Source: Candidatus Margulisiibacteriota bacterium
GTDB lineage: Bacteria; Margulisbacteria; WOR-1; JAHJIW01
Assembly: GCA_018823125.1 (NCBI GenBank)
Contig: JAHJIW010000010.1
Span: forward strand, 26,954-90,953
DNA: 64,000 nt
Direction: 5' to 3'
Below, in pieces: positions 1 to 10,980 of the stretch; within the stretch, counting starts at the first letter, position 1; the number at the start of each line of letters is the position of its first letter. The position numbers were made by a program, and so were the translations under genes. Below the pieces are notes generated by a model. That model searched no databases. It was not told the DNA's origin and saw nothing but the letters and a program-made list of their open reading frames with translations.

Positions 1-29
1 ATCGTCAGTTTTTAGAATAAATTTCAGTT

Positions 30-611
30 TTAAGCGGTGATTTTTATAACTTTATTTTTCAGTGAGGCTAAGGTAGAGTTGTTTTCTAAAATCACTTTGG
101 CTCCGGTTAAAAATTCCTTAACTTTCCCCTGAGATTTCATCAATTTTTTAGCCGAGGATTTATCTACGCCTTTTTTAATCAGTCTTTTTAGGCGGAGCGC
201 TTCTTTGGCAGTTACTGCCCATATTTCATCAACTAATTTATCTAACCCAATCTTTTTAAGAACCGCGGCATTAATTACAATTATTTTTTCGCCGCGATCT
301 TTAGCTTGTTTTACTTCTTCTGCAACTAGATCATATAGCGCCGGATGAACCATGTGATTTAAAGCAACCAGAGTAGCCGGATCGGCAAAAACAATCTTAG
401 CTAACTTGCGACGCGAAACTCTGCCGCCCTTAACTAAAATATCCGATCCAAAACGCCGCACCAAATTACCCCAAATTTCGGTTTGCGGTTTGTATAAAGT
501 ATGCGCCAGCTTATCTACATCAATCACGTAAGCGCGGCGTCTTTTAAACATAGAGGCCACTACACTTTTACCCGCACCTACCGGTCCAGTTAAGCCAATG
601 ATTTTTGTCAT
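30..611 (-). CDS. coaE: dephospho-CoA kinase
   Basis: IIGLTGPVGAGKS P-loop, IDVDKLAH, LNHMVHP motifs; start refined to ATG 611 (MTKIIG), which has a TATACT box 6 nt upstream. Confidence 0.92.
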   Translation of the reverse strand: MTKIIGLTGPVGAGKSVVASMFKRRRAYVIDVDKLAHTLYKPQTEIWGNLVRRFGSDILVKGGRVSRRKLAKIVFADPATLVALNHMVHPALYDLVAEEVKQAKDRGEKIIVINAAVLKKIGLDKLVDEIWAVTAKEALRLKRLIKKGVDKSSAKKLMKSQGKVKEFLTGAKVILENNSTLASLKNKVIKITA

Positions 612-643
612 AAAAGAAGTATATAACAAGAAGGGATAGGATT

Positions 644-2965
644 TCAATTTTTCATGGTATTAATTGTGGTTTTTTCACCGTTAGTCTTAATGATTATCGC
701 TCCCTGCAAATCAGTTCGATAAATTTTTGCACCAATTTTTTCCAAATTTTCCAGTGCCGCTTTGTGCGGGTGTCTGAATTTATTTCTTTTACCACAGGAT
801 ATTATTGCAGCGGCAGGCCTGACCGCCTCCAGGAATTCCCACGTAGAAGCGGTTGCACTTCCATGATGGCCGGCCTTTAAAACATCACTTTTTATATTAA
901 AATCCAGTAAAGCGCTTTCGGCTGCGTACTCGGCATCTCCGGTTAAAAGCATGGAAAAATCTTTATACACCACCCTCACGATCACCGAATTGTCATTTAA
1001 ATACGATTCTGAATGAATGAGACCCGGCGGCGGCCCTAATATATAAAAATCAACGTCACCACACATAAAATGATTGCCACATTTCACCACTTCATAATAA
1101 ATATTTTTGTTTTTAATCAGTTTCAATGCTTTGCGATAAGCGTCTGCCGTATGATCAACTCCCGGATCATAAAAAGCTCCTACCTTGATACCCTCCAGTA
1201 CCTCCGGCATGCCTCCCATGTGATCCATGTGCGGATGCGTTAGTATCATCAGCTCCAGCTTATTGACCCCTCTTTTCTTCAAAACCGGCATAACAACCTG
1301 CTTGCCGAATCCTAAGTCCCCCGCATCAATTAAAATATTTTTATTGTTGGGCGTATTAATTAAGATGGCGTCTCCCTGTCCTACATCCAACACCAAAATT
1401 TCCAGCTGTTTTTGTCCGGTAAACCCCGAAACAACAAAAAACAAAACCAGCAGAGCGGTGCCAATTAAAAATGCCGCCTTGCGGCCGCGTTTAAGTAAAA
1501 CCTTAACCATGAAATACATAGCTCCATATAACAACAAAATGACTAATAGGTTAAGCTGAGCAATATTAATCACCGCAAAGGATATTTTTGACATGAAACC
1601 CACAAAATAATCCATCAGAAAGATGCCAAAATAAACCCCTAATCCGAGTAATTTAGAGAGTGGAAGAAAAACGAAAGAAACGATAAGCGCCGCTGCCGAA
1701 AAAATTACTAATCCGCCGACCAAAGGTAAAACCACCAGGTTAGTAACAAAAGCTACTAAAGAAATCTGGTTAAAATTATAGGCGCAGATGGGATAAGTAA
1801 GCAAAAGCGGCGCCAGTGCAATTGAAAATAACATGATTAACCATTTTGGCATTGGAACATTCTGAAACACCTTTTCTGACAATATGGGAGTCACACAAAC
1901 CACACCAACCGTGGCACCAAAAGAAAGCTGAAATGCAGCCGAAAAAAGGTCCAATGGAGATCTGAGTAACACCAAAAAGGCCGCCAGACAAATTGAAACA
2001 AAAAAATCGCGATCACGATCTAAAAACTTAGAAAAAAGAGCCAGTTGAAGCATAACCGAAGCCCGGGCAATCGAAGTTCCTGCGCCGGCCAATAAAAAAT
2101 ACAATCCGTTTAAAAAAGTTAGTACCCAAAAAGAAGTTTTTGAAGATACTTTAAATGAAGCAAGCAGGGCCGCAAACGCACCTACAATAATTCCTAAATG
2201 CATCCCGGATGCCACTAAAAGATGCGCCACCCCCGCCCTTTTATAACGATCCTTAATCTCTCTATCCAGTCCCGCCACTCTCGACCCCAAAAGCATACTC
2301 CCCAACAAATCCCGGTAACCGGGCAAAAAGCGTTCTATTTTATGTTTAATTTGCTGCTGAAGAGAAAAAATCAGGTTTTCAAAAAACGGGGGCTTCCCTC
2401 TTTTTAATAACTCAATTTCTTTTGGCTGGATAAATATTTTTTTATAAATTCCCTGGCTGAAATTATATTCTTCAAGCGAAAAGCCAATCGGATTAGTTTT
2501 TTCCTCAAAATCAACCACTACCCCGCGTACTTTGACCAGATCTCCCAGTCCAACACCATTTAGTTCACCTTTACACGATATTTGTATTTTTCCGGAGGCC
2601 TTAGATAACTTTTCAGCAGCAAGTTTGCGCTTTGCCTCCAGCAAAAAATTAGTATTGCCATATGACGAAACTTCCGGTCTTGTACCAATTTTCCCAATCA
2701 GGGTGATCGTTGTTCCGTTTTTTAGCTTCCCCACGCTGTGCTCAGGTAAAATCACTTCAAAACTTAAGCGAAACATCCCTAAAAGAAAAAATAAAAAGGC
2801 TAAAACCAAAATGAAATAACGGGTTTGCTTTAATAACACAAAAAGCAGACCAAGGAAAACCATCAGCAGTATAAAGATAGCTACCGGAGGTATTAAAAAA
2901 ATTCTTTCAGCAATTATTCCAACGAAGAATGCTAAAAGCAAGATCAAGAGGGGTTGGATTTTCAC
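644..2965 (-). CDS. comEC: DNA internalization competence protein ComEC/Rec2
   Basis: Multi-TM core with GVAHLLVASGMH, AFQLSF; C-terminal metallo-beta-lactamase domain (DVGQGD, THPHMDHMGG, HHGS); GTG start overlaps comEA stop. Confidence 0.93.
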   Translation of the reverse strand: MKIQPLLILLLAFFVGIIAERIFLIPPVAIFILLMVFLGLLFVLLKQTRYFILVLAFLFFLLGMFRLSFEVILPEHSVGKLKNGTTITLIGKIGTRPEVSSYGNTNFLLEAKRKLAAEKLSKASGKIQISCKGELNGVGLGDLVKVRGVVVDFEEKTNPIGFSLEEYNFSQGIYKKIFIQPKEIELLKRGKPPFFENLIFSLQQQIKHKIERFLPGYRDLLGSMLLGSRVAGLDREIKDRYKRAGVAHLLVASGMHLGIIVGAFAALLASFKVSSKTSFWVLTFLNGLYFLLAGAGTSIARASVMLQLALFSKFLDRDRDFFVSICLAAFLVLLRSPLDLFSAAFQLSFGATVGVVCVTPILSEKVFQNVPMPKWLIMLFSIALAPLLLTYPICAYNFNQISLVAFVTNLVVLPLVGGLVIFSAAALIVSFVFLPLSKLLGLGVYFGIFLMDYFVGFMSKISFAVINIAQLNLLVILLLYGAMYFMVKVLLKRGRKAAFLIGTALLVLFFVVSGFTGQKQLEILVLDVGQGDAILINTPNNKNILIDAGDLGFGKQVVMPVLKKRGVNKLELMILTHPHMDHMGGMPEVLEGIKVGAFYDPGVDHTADAYRKALKLIKNKNIYYEVVKCGNHFMCGDVDFYILGPPPGLIHSESYLNDNSVIVRVVYKDFSMLLTGDAEYAAESALLDFNIKSDVLKAGHHGSATASTWEFLEAVRPAAAIISCGKRNKFRHPHKAALENLEKIGAKIYRTDLQGAIIIKTNGEKTTINTMKN

Positions 2966-3558
2966 TGCGCAATTATATATTCCTTAATTTTGCTTAGTTT
3001 ACCCGCGCCAATGCCTTTAACTTTTTGTAAATCGGTTAAAGAAGAGAATTTACCGTGTTCTTTGCGGTAGGCCATAATATCCGCCGCCATTTTTTCACCA
3101 ATCCCCTTAACTTTTAACAGCTCGGAAGCGGTGGCCACGTTAACATTGATTTTTCCGTCCTGATTGGCAACCCCGCCGGACTCGCTATGAACATTCTGTT
3201 CAACTGTTATATATGGAATTTCAATCTTCTGGCCGTCTTTTACTTTTTCGGCCAGGTTGATCTTAGATAGATCTGCCTTTTCTTGTAAGCCGCCAGCGGC
3301 TTCCAAAGCTTCATATACACGGGAGGCGGCATCCAGCCTGATAACTCCCTCATTTCTCACTGCACCGGCAATGTAAACCACTACCTGCCCGCGATGAGGG
3401 GCAGCCGCCGGTTTATCTTCCGAATTAGGCGCTTCAGATATCGAATTAAGCACAATTTCATCATTCGACATGCTTTTGCTTAAGAAATACCCGCCGATGA
3501 TCAATAAGATAACTATCCCGGATGCCAAAATAATTTTTTGAGGTTGGGTTAGTTGCAT
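2962..3558 (-). CDS. comEA: competence DNA receptor ComEA (SLBB + helix-hairpin-helix)
   Basis: N-terminal TM, VYIAGAV...AAGG SLBB domain, KINVNVATASEL..VKGIG..A HhH repeats. Confidence 0.92.
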   Translation of the reverse strand: MQLTQPQKIILASGIVILLIIGGYFLSKSMSNDEIVLNSISEAPNSEDKPAAAPHRGQVVVYIAGAVRNEGVIRLDAASRVYEALEAAGGLQEKADLSKINLAEKVKDGQKIEIPYITVEQNVHSESGGVANQDGKINVNVATASELLKVKGIGEKMAADIMAYRKEHGKFSSLTDLQKVKGIGAGKLSKIKEYIIAQ

Positions 3559-3570
3559 ATAAATATACTA

Positions 3571-3587
3571 AGCAACTTTTCTGCCAA
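3571..3587 (-). promoter_or_regulatory. putative sigma54 (-24/-12) promoter of comEA-comEC
   Basis: Minus strand reads TTGGCAGAAAAGTTGCT, an exact GG-N10-GC spacing, ending 12 nt before the comEA ATG. Confidence 0.7.
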
Positions 3588-3663
3588 AGAGGCTCACGCT
3601 CGAAAGTGAGAAAAAACTGTCGAAAATGAATACAGCTGTAGTGGAAATTGACAGGAAGCTTAA

Positions 3664-4320
3664 TTAGATATTGCGATAAACTTTTAAAATATCCAATATA
3701 TAGTTTTTAGTAGCATCGCGCAGACCGTCAGTCTTTTTAACTGCATTGGGACCGGCTAAATATGAAGCCAGGCCAAGTGGAACCTGCATTTCCTCTCCAT
3801 CCCAGGCAGCCATTAAATATCGCAAATATTTTGAAGTGCCGTCAACATTTTGATCAATATCAAAATAATTTCTAACTCCCATCGAGCGCGCGGTCGAAGG
3901 CATCAACTGCCCTAATCCCTTCGCTCCGTGAGAAGAAACTGCTCTGGGATTAAAACGCGACTCCCGTGCAATTAAGGCACAAAGGAGGCGCGGATTAACA
4001 TTATGCGTTTTGCTGTATTTAAGGATCGCCGAAGAAATTTCCGTAGCATATCCACGATGTGCTTCACGTGCATAAGAAGTAATGAATGTTTTTAAACGTG
4101 TCTGTGAAAATGGGATATAGCCTGCCGACGGCATTTGCGAAGCCTGAAATCTTGAGTCAAACAGATGACTTTTGGTTTTTTGCGTACCCGGGGTCACGGT
4201 GGTTTCATAAGCAGGCGGTGTATAAGACGGCTGGGACGTTGGCGCCGGACCACCAGAAGAAAGCGATGAAAAAATTGCAAAAACAAAAACCAGGATAATT
4301 ATGGCACCCGTGCCGTCCAT
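3664..4320 (-). CDS. membrane-anchored lytic transglycosylase (SLT domain)
   Basis: LIARESRFNPRAVS..GAKGLGQLMP SLT motifs; N-terminal hydrophobic segment and P/T-rich linker. Confidence 0.88.
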   Translation of the reverse strand: MDGTGAIIILVFVFAIFSSLSSGGPAPTSQPSYTPPAYETTVTPGTQKTKSHLFDSRFQASQMPSAGYIPFSQTRLKTFITSYAREAHRGYATEISSAILKYSKTHNVNPRLLCALIARESRFNPRAVSSHGAKGLGQLMPSTARSMGVRNYFDIDQNVDGTSKYLRYLMAAWDGEEMQVPLGLASYLAGPNAVKKTDGLRDATKNYILDILKVYRNI

Positions 4321-4322
4321 GA

Positions 4323-6629
4323 TTACCCTCCCATACTAGCTGGAATAGATTTAAAATAGGCGTCCTTTATCTTCTGGGTATCAACATTGATCAGTTTTTT
4401 GCCTTCGCTAACGATTTCTAAAGAATTGCCGCCTACTTTACCAATAATGCTGTACGGAATATTAACATCGGTAAGCAAACCGCGCAGGGCAAAAATATTA
4501 TCGGGATGGAGAGAAACTACAATTCGTGATTGAGATTCACCAAATAAAAGCGCATCTTCCCTGAGTTCTTCACTGACGGAGGCCCCCAGCCCCGCTACCC
4601 CATTTTCGGCATAAGCTAGGCTTTCTGCTAAACAAACTGCCAGCCCACCTTCGGAAACATCATGCGCCGAGTTAATAATGCCGGATTTAATCATTTTAAG
4701 ACAGGCTTGCTGCAGTTGTAATTCAAAAGCTAAGTCGATTTGCGGAGGCATCCCCGCCTTTTGCTTGTGCACTACTTCTAGATATTCTGAACCACCTAAT
4801 TCTTCGCGATTAACCCCTAACAAAACCACAATATCACCTACGTGCTTAAAGCCCATGGTCGTATGGGGTGCTTCTTTGCCGTCTTTACCGGTAATCAGCC
4901 CCAACATTCCAATCACCGGGGTCGGCATAATCGGATTGCCAAAACTTTCGTTGTAAAAGCTGACATTACCGGAAATAACCGGAACGTTAAACATCTCGCA
5001 AGCTTTGACCATCCCTAAAACTACCTGCTCAAATTGATAAAAGATTTCGGGTTTTTCGGGATTTCCAAAATTTAAACAGTTGGTCAAAGCAATCGGAGTT
5101 GCGCCCGAACAAATTAGATTGCGGGCCGCTTCGGCTACCGCAATTTTCCCGCCGGTAATCGGATCGAGGTAACAATATTTGCCGTTTCCATCCACGGTCA
5201 GGGCAATTTTATTAGGAGTTCCTTTCACCCGCAAAACCGAAGCATCCGCTTTGCCGGGAAGTACCAGCGTATTGATTTGAACCATATGATCATATTGCTC
5301 GTAAACCCAGGCCTTATTAGCAATATTAGGAGAAGACAAAAGTTTTAAGAATTCGGCGTTATAATTTCCTTTTTTGAGTTTAATTTTTTTGAGATTTAAT
5401 TTTTGAACACTACTTAAATACGATGAGCGTCTGGATTTTCGCTCATAAACCGGAGCGTTATCGGCTAAAGACTCAGCCGGAACTTTGGCTACCGTTTTAC
5501 TGCCGATTTTAACTTTTAAGTTTTTGTCTTTGGTTACTTTGCCGATTTTAATCGCGTGTAAACCATATTTAGCAAAAATCTTTTTAACCTTGGCTTCGGC
5601 GCCCTTTTTAGATACTACTAACATACGTTCTTGCGATTCAGAAAGCATGATTTCGTAAGCCGACATATTTTCTTCACGCAAAGGAACTTTAGCCAGATCA
5701 ATTTCAATCCCAACCCCACTGCGGGACGCCATTTCAGAAGATGAGCTAGTCATCCCTGCCGCCCCCATATCCTGCATTCCAACTACATAACCGGTACGGA
5801 TAAGTTCCATACAAGCTTCGATCAGCATTTTTTCGGTAAAAGGATCCCCCACTTGTACGGAAGGACGTTTTTCTTCTGATTTTTCGTCCAATTCAACCGA
5901 AGCAAAGGTTGCACCGTGAATTCCATCCCGCCCGGTAGCAGATCCAACATATAAAACTGAATTCCCTGAGTTACCGGCAGAGGCTTTTACAATTGCGGGA
6001 CCAAATTCGTCTTCCTGGACCTGGCCTTCAACATTTACCGGAGGGCCATCCGTCCTTACAATCCCCACACACATAGCATTTACTAAGCAATTTCCGGAAT
6101 AACTTTCGTCAAAATATACTTCTCCGGCAACGGTAGGCAAACCCAGACAGTTACCATATCCGGCAATACCGGCGACTACTCCCGAAAATAAATAGCGGTT
6201 ACGCGGATCCGAAAGCGGCCCAAAACGCAGCGAATTAAGCGATGCAACCGGTCTGGCCCCCATGGTAAAAACGTCTCTGACGATCCCGCCTACCCCGGTA
6301 GCTGCGCCTTGATAAGGTTCTACCGCAGATGGGTGATTGTGAGACTCAATTTTCATGGCAATGGCCAACCCATCCCCAATATCAACGATACCGGCATTTT
6401 CTCCGGGACCTTGTAATACGTGGGAACCCCGGGTTGGAAATAATTTTAAGAGAGGTTTTGAACTTTTATAAGAGCAGTGTTCTGACCAGAGGACCGAGTA
6501 CATACCAAGCTCAACGATGTTAGGCTTGCGCTTTAAAATTCGACAGATTTTTTTGTATTCAGCATCCGTCAACCCGTGCTGGGCAATAACTTCTTTATCA
6601 ATTTTTACTTTTTTATGCTGAACTGTCAT
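4323..6629 (-). CDS. purL: phosphoribosylformylglycinamidine synthase subunit PurL
   Basis: [44 protein letters not shown] motifs. Confidence 0.97.
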   Translation of the reverse strand: MTVQHKKVKIDKEVIAQHGLTDAEYKKICRILKRKPNIVELGMYSVLWSEHCSYKSSKPLLKLFPTRGSHVLQGPGENAGIVDIGDGLAIAMKIESHNHPSAVEPYQGAATGVGGIVRDVFTMGARPVASLNSLRFGPLSDPRNRYLFSGVVAGIAGYGNCLGLPTVAGEVYFDESYSGNCLVNAMCVGIVRTDGPPVNVEGQVQEDEFGPAIVKASAGNSGNSVLYVGSATGRDGIHGATFASVELDEKSEEKRPSVQVGDPFTEKMLIEACMELIRTGYVVGMQDMGAAGMTSSSSEMASRSGVGIEIDLAKVPLREENMSAYEIMLSESQERMLVVSKKGAEAKVKKIFAKYGLHAIKIGKVTKDKNLKVKIGSKTVAKVPAESLADNAPVYERKSRRSSYLSSVQKLNLKKIKLKKGNYNAEFLKLLSSPNIANKAWVYEQYDHMVQINTLVLPGKADASVLRVKGTPNKIALTVDGNGKYCYLDPITGGKIAVAEAARNLICSGATPIALTNCLNFGNPEKPEIFYQFEQVVLGMVKACEMFNVPVISGNVSFYNESFGNPIMPTPVIGMLGLITGKDGKEAPHTTMGFKHVGDIVVLLGVNREELGGSEYLEVVHKQKAGMPPQIDLAFELQLQQACLKMIKSGIINSAHDVSEGGLAVCLAESLAYAENGVAGLGASVSEELREDALLFGESQSRIVVSLHPDNIFALRGLLTDVNIPYSIIGKVGGNSLEIVSEGKKLINVDTQKIKDAYFKSIPASMGG

Positions 6630-6670
6630 AGTCTAAAATTATTCTATAATACTTAGCTTTTAGACACAAA

Positions 6671-8803
6671 TTAATTTATGCAGCGCTTTTTGTCTTCTTC
6701 GGTTACGGCCTTCATTGACAGATTAACCCGGCCCTTCTCGTCAACCTCGATCACTTTAACCCAAACTTCATCGCCAATGTTTACTTTATCTTCAACTTTG
6801 GCAATGCGTTGCGGTGCAATTTGAGAAATATGCACCAAGCCATCTTTTCCGGGAACCATTTCGACAAAGGCACCAAAAGCCATAATCCTCATGACCTTCC
6901 CAAAAAATACGTCACCAACATTAATCTCCATCGTCAATTGTTTAATGATTTTTTCCGCTTTTTTAGCTCCGACCGGATCAGCGGAAGTAATTAAAACCTG
7001 GCCGTCATCATTAATATCGATTTGGACGCCGGTCTCCTCAACAATTTTCTTAATGTTTTTACCGCCCGGACCAATCACTAAGCCGATTTTCTCCGGATTA
7101 ATTTGAATAGACGTAATGCGCGGCGCATACTTTGACAATTCTTCTCTTGGTTTCCCAATAACTTTGGCCATTTCTTTTAAAATTTTCAAGCGGGTATCTT
7201 TGGCTTGATCCAGTGCTTTTTTGACGATTTCCAAAGTTAATCCGTGAATTTTGATGTCCAGCTGAATGGCCGTAATTCCTTTATCGGTTCCGGTTACTTT
7301 AAAATCCATGTCTCCTAAATGATCTTCCAGCCCCTGAATATCAATTAAAGTTACCGCTTTATCACCATCCGTGATTAAACCAATGGAAATTCCGGCTACC
7401 GGCTTTTCCAGCGGAACTCCGGCATCCAGTAAAGCCAAGGTACTGCCACAAGTTGAAGCCATGGAAGTTGATCCGTTAGAGGATAAAACTTCAGAAACCA
7501 ATCGGATCGTATACGGAAATTTTTCTTCCGAAGGCAGCACCGGCACTAATGCCTTTTCGGCTAACGCACCGTGTCCAATTTCGCGACGACCGGGTCCGCG
7601 AATGGGGCGAACCTCTCCAACCGAAAAAGCCGGGAAATTATAATGGTGCATGTAACGTTTAGTTTCGTCTTCAACGTTTAAACCATCAATAATTTGCTCT
7701 TCACCGGCAGCCCCTAGGGTTAATACGGTTAAAACCTGAGTCGTTCCCCGGGAAAAAAGTCCAGAGCCGTGCGCGCGGGGAAGAATACCTACTTCAAAGT
7801 TTAAGTCACGGAGTTCGTCTGCTTTTCTTCCGTCAACCCTTTTTCCGTCTTTAATCACCATTTCTCGGACAATCTTCTTTTCGATCTTGTCAATTACTTC
7901 ACCGATATCATGTGGACGCTCGGTTACTAATTTGGCAATTTCTGCCGAAGCAGTCTTGGCGGTTTCTTTCAGTTCTTCACGGATTTTATCTAATGCGTCA
8001 TTTTGTTTTTCCCGGTCCGTAATCGCCAAAGCTTTTTTAATTTTATCCTGCGCATTAGAAACCACAAATTTTTCGATTTCAGGCAGGGGCACATACATTT
8101 CAAACTCGACCTTGGTAACGCCGACCTCTTTCATGAATTTTTCTTGTACTTCAACCATTTTTTTAATGTGGCTCAGCGCCAACTTGCAAGCTTCCATCAT
8201 TACTTCTTCGGACAGTTGTTTTACGCCGGCTTCAATCATCATAATCTTATCTTTAGTGCCGACGATCACAATATCCAGATCGCTTTCTTTCATTTGATCT
8301 ATCACCGGGTTAGTAATGTACTGATCGCCAATTTTAGCAATGCGGCAGGCTCCTAATGGTCCCGCAAAAGGAACTCCGGCAATCGAAAGTGCGGCCGAAG
8401 CAGCTACAATAGCGGGTACATCCGGCGGATTTTCCTGATCCACGGACAGTGGAGTAATGACCACCTGCACATCATTACGTAATCCTTTAGGGAATAAGGG
8501 ACGAATTGAGCGGTCAATTAACCGGGCAGTTAAAATTGCTTTTTCCGATGGTCTTCCCTCTCTTTTGAAAAATCCTCCCGGAATTTTACCGGCCGCATAC
8601 AGTTTTTCTTCGTAATCAACCAAAAGCGGCATAAAATTTATCCCGGGGCGCTGGGTTTCGGCATAAGAAACCGTTGCCATCACCATGGTATCGCCAATTT
8701 TTACAATTACCGATCCGGCAGCTTGGCGCGCTACCCTGCCCGTTTCTAAACCTAATTTCTTTCCTTCTCCAAAATCCATTTCTATTGTTTTGATTTTTGA
8801 CAT
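6671..8803 (-). CDS. pnp: polyribonucleotide nucleotidyltransferase
   Basis: IPGGFFKREGRP, RREIGHG, SNGSTSMAS, GDMDFK, KH and S1 domains; start refined to ATG 8803 behind a GAAAGG SD. Confidence 0.97.
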   Translation of the reverse strand: MSKIKTIEMDFGEGKKLGLETGRVARQAAGSVIVKIGDTMVMATVSYAETQRPGINFMPLLVDYEEKLYAAGKIPGGFFKREGRPSEKAILTARLIDRSIRPLFPKGLRNDVQVVITPLSVDQENPPDVPAIVAASAALSIAGVPFAGPLGACRIAKIGDQYITNPVIDQMKESDLDIVIVGTKDKIMMIEAGVKQLSEEVMMEACKLALSHIKKMVEVQEKFMKEVGVTKVEFEMYVPLPEIEKFVVSNAQDKIKKALAITDREKQNDALDKIREELKETAKTASAEIAKLVTERPHDIGEVIDKIEKKIVREMVIKDGKRVDGRKADELRDLNFEVGILPRAHGSGLFSRGTTQVLTVLTLGAAGEEQIIDGLNVEDETKRYMHHYNFPAFSVGEVRPIRGPGRREIGHGALAEKALVPVLPSEEKFPYTIRLVSEVLSSNGSTSMASTCGSTLALLDAGVPLEKPVAGISIGLITDGDKAVTLIDIQGLEDHLGDMDFKVTGTDKGITAIQLDIKIHGLTLEIVKKALDQAKDTRLKILKEMAKVIGKPREELSKYAPRITSIQINPEKIGLVIGPGGKNIKKIVEETGVQIDINDDGQVLITSADPVGAKKAEKIIKQLTMEINVGDVFFGKVMRIMAFGAFVEMVPGKDGLVHISQIAPQRIAKVEDKVNIGDEVWVKVIEVDEKGRVNLSMKAVTEEDKKRCIN

Positions 8804-8818
8804 ATTTTTTCCTTTCAT

Positions 8819-8845
8819 AAAAAAATTGGGGCCTGATGCCCCGAT
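8819..8845 (-). terminator. intrinsic terminator-like hairpin between rpsO and pnp
   Basis: Minus strand GGGGC-ATCAG-GCCCC followed by AATTTTTTT. Confidence 0.55.
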
Positions 8846-8875
8846 AAATTTAAAATTTCAACCTTAAAATATTTA

Positions 8876-9145
8876 TTATTGCCTAATTCCTAATTTTTGG
8901 ATCAAAGACAAATAGCGCTTTGGATTGCATCGATGTAGATATGATAAAAGTTTTTTTCTTTTACTAACCATGTTCATCAGCCCATGCCGGCCGTGTTTGT
9001 CTTTTTTGTGGCCTCTCAGGTGCTCAACCAAACGATTGATTTGCGCAGTTAAAAGAGCAACTTGAACATCACTGGATCCGGTATCGTTGTCTTTTACTTT
9101 AACCTGTTCCATTACCTTGCTTTTAGCATCTTTATTTAACGTCAT
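8876..9145 (-). CDS. rpsO: 30S ribosomal protein S15
   Basis: [22 protein letters not shown] motifs; canonical ribF-rpsO-pnp synteny. Confidence 0.96.
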   Translation of the reverse strand: MTLNKDAKSKVMEQVKVKDNDTGSSDVQVALLTAQINRLVEHLRGHKKDKHGRHGLMNMVSKRKKLLSYLHRCNPKRYLSLIQKLGIRQ

Positions 9146-9186
9146 TTTTTACCTTCCTGCTTCAATTTTTGCCGCAAAACCAAGTA

Positions 9187-9215
9187 ATTATATACTAATT
9201 CCGGATTATCTGCAA
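9187..9215 (-). promoter_or_regulatory. sigma70-type promoter of rpsO-pnp
   Basis: TTGCAG-17 nt-TATAAT on the minus strand. Confidence 0.55.
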
Positions 9216-10144
9216 GCCATTGATATATCCCGGCGAATTTGCGCTTTTAGCTTCTCGACATCGGAAAAGTGAATCTCATCCCTGAGCCGGCGCGAAAGCA
9301 CTACCCTTAAGTTTTTACCGCGTAAATTACCTTTAAACTTTATGATGTGTACCTCAACGATAGCCTTACCAGCTCCAAAAGTCGGCCGCGCCCCAATATT
9401 TACACAGCATTTATGTTTATTCTTTCCAACATAAACATGACCTACATAAACACCATAAGCTGGTATAAGTTTTTGTGGATCTAATGCTAAATTAGCCGTT
9501 GGGAAACCCAGCGTGCGTCCCCGCCCCGAACCATTAACTACTTTTCCGGAAAGATGATAAGGATGCCCCAGTAACATGATAGCCTTAGCAAAATCACCAC
9601 GGCTAATCATTTCTCTAATCATTCGGGATTTTATCGCGTGATGATTTGCCGCCACCGGAGGAACCACCGTCACTTCAAATCCATATTTTTTGCCAAGTTT
9701 TTTAAGATGGGCTACATCTCCTGACCGTCCCCGCCCAAAAGCATAATCAAATCCTACAAAAACGTGTTTGACGCCTAATTTACCTACTAAATATTTTTTC
9801 ACAAAACCCGCATTCGATAATTTTTGTACTCTGCGGTTAAAAACAATTACTACCACCCCATCGATTCCGTATTCACAAAAAAGATTTTCTCTTTCCTGTA
9901 GAGTGGTAAGTAAACGCAAACCCCGCTCCGGAACAATTAACTGCTGGGGATGAGGATCAAAAGTAATGGCTAAAGACGCCGTCCCACTCCTTTTGGCATA
10001 AGCAACGGCACCTTTCAGTACTTTTTGGTGGCCGCGGTGTACTCCGTCAAAGGTCCCCAAAGCTACTACACAACCTTTGAGTTTTTTACTGCCCATCGGC
10101 AGCTCCGCCGAGGCGGACTTTTTGGGATGACGGATTATTCTCAT
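9206..10144 (-). CDS. ribF: bifunctional riboflavin kinase/FAD synthetase
   Basis: GTFDGVHRGH, TFDPHP, GRTLGFPTANL, NIGARPTF, EVH motifs. Confidence 0.96.
   Translation of the reverse strand: MRIIRHPKKSASAELPMGSKKLKGCVVALGTFDGVHRGHQKVLKGAVAYAKRSGTASLAITFDPHPQQLIVPERGLRLLTTLQERENLFCEYGIDGVVVIVFNRRVQKLSNAGFVKKYLVGKLGVKHVFVGFDYAFGRGRSGDVAHLKKLGKKYGFEVTVVPPVAANHHAIKSRMIREMISRGDFAKAIMLLGHPYHLSGKVVNGSGRGRTLGFPTANLALDPQKLIPAYGVYVGHVYVGKNKHKCCVNIGARPTFGAGKAIVEVHIIKFKGNLRGKNLRVVLSRRLRDEIHFSDVEKLKAQIRRDISMACR
10088..10117. repeat. two adjacent GC-rich mini-palindromes inside the ribF 5' end
   Basis: CTGCC-CATC-GGCAG (10089-10102) and TCCGCC-GA-GGCGGA (10104-10117); 30 nt, encodes SASAELPMGS in frame. 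Confidence 0.7.
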
Positions 10145-10959
10145 TGCAGGAAGGCACCTTTAACCCAGAGGGTAACCATTTTAATGTAGTGCGTACCCGG
10201 GAAGAAAAAGAGTTGAGAAAGAATTAAAGTTCCCACTACCCTGCCTAAAATTATATAAAAGACCACGGTGCGTACATCGCTTTCTTTTCTTTTACCGTGA
10301 ACCGCTTGATCGGTAATATGCGCGGCGATCGGATCAACCATTAAAGTAAAAAGAATGGTGGCAATCCCGTTAACAATACCGGAAAGCTGAGTAGCCGTTA
10401 CCCGGTAAGTTGGGATTAAAGCTCCGGCCATCAGAGAACAAAGCACGCCAATCGCATAAATCGAAACCATAAAAAGGTTTAACCACAAAAAGAGGGTTGG
10501 AATGCCTTTTAATGATATTCCCTTTAAAGAATTTACAGTTGGTAATCGAAAAAGCTTAAAAACTTTAATTAAATTGGGTGGGTAAAAACCGTAAAGAATT
10601 AACCTCGGCACGGAACCAAGCTGTTCAAATTTATTGATCGCCCTGGTAAAAACCGCAACTGCAAAGGGGGTTAAAATTGCGCCAATGGAGTTTCCAATAA
10701 ATGCGGCAAAAATAATGATCCTGAAATTACCCCACAACATCGAAACGGTGTTTTGAAGAATCGCAGTATCTACCATTCCTCCCAAAAGCGGAGCTTGCAG
10801 CATATTCGACATTCGGGAAATTAAAAGTGAAGCATTTACAAAAGAAAGCGATAATGCCAGCCTTTTAGTGCGCACACCAGTCAAGCGCATCGAAGACGAA
10901 AGCGTTTCGGTAAAATGGATTAATCCGGTAAAGACACAGACGACTATTAATGGGTTCAT
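10141..10959 (-). CDS. amj: lipid II flippase Amj family (DUF2837) membrane protein
   Basis: IHFTETL..SMRL.GVRT, SRMSNMLQAP, QLSGIVNGIATIL...VDP motifs typical of Amj. Confidence 0.8.
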   Translation of the reverse strand: MNPLIVVCVFTGLIHFTETLSSSMRLTGVRTKRLALSLSFVNASLLISRMSNMLQAPLLGGMVDTAILQNTVSMLWGNFRIIIFAAFIGNSIGAILTPFAVAVFTRAINKFEQLGSVPRLILYGFYPPNLIKVFKLFRLPTVNSLKGISLKGIPTLFLWLNLFMVSIYAIGVLCSLMAGALIPTYRVTATQLSGIVNGIATILFTLMVDPIAAHITDQAVHGKRKESDVRTVVFYIILGRVVGTLILSQLFFFPGTHYIKMVTLWVKGAFLQ

Positions 10960-10980
10960 AAGTGGTTATTATATAATAGA

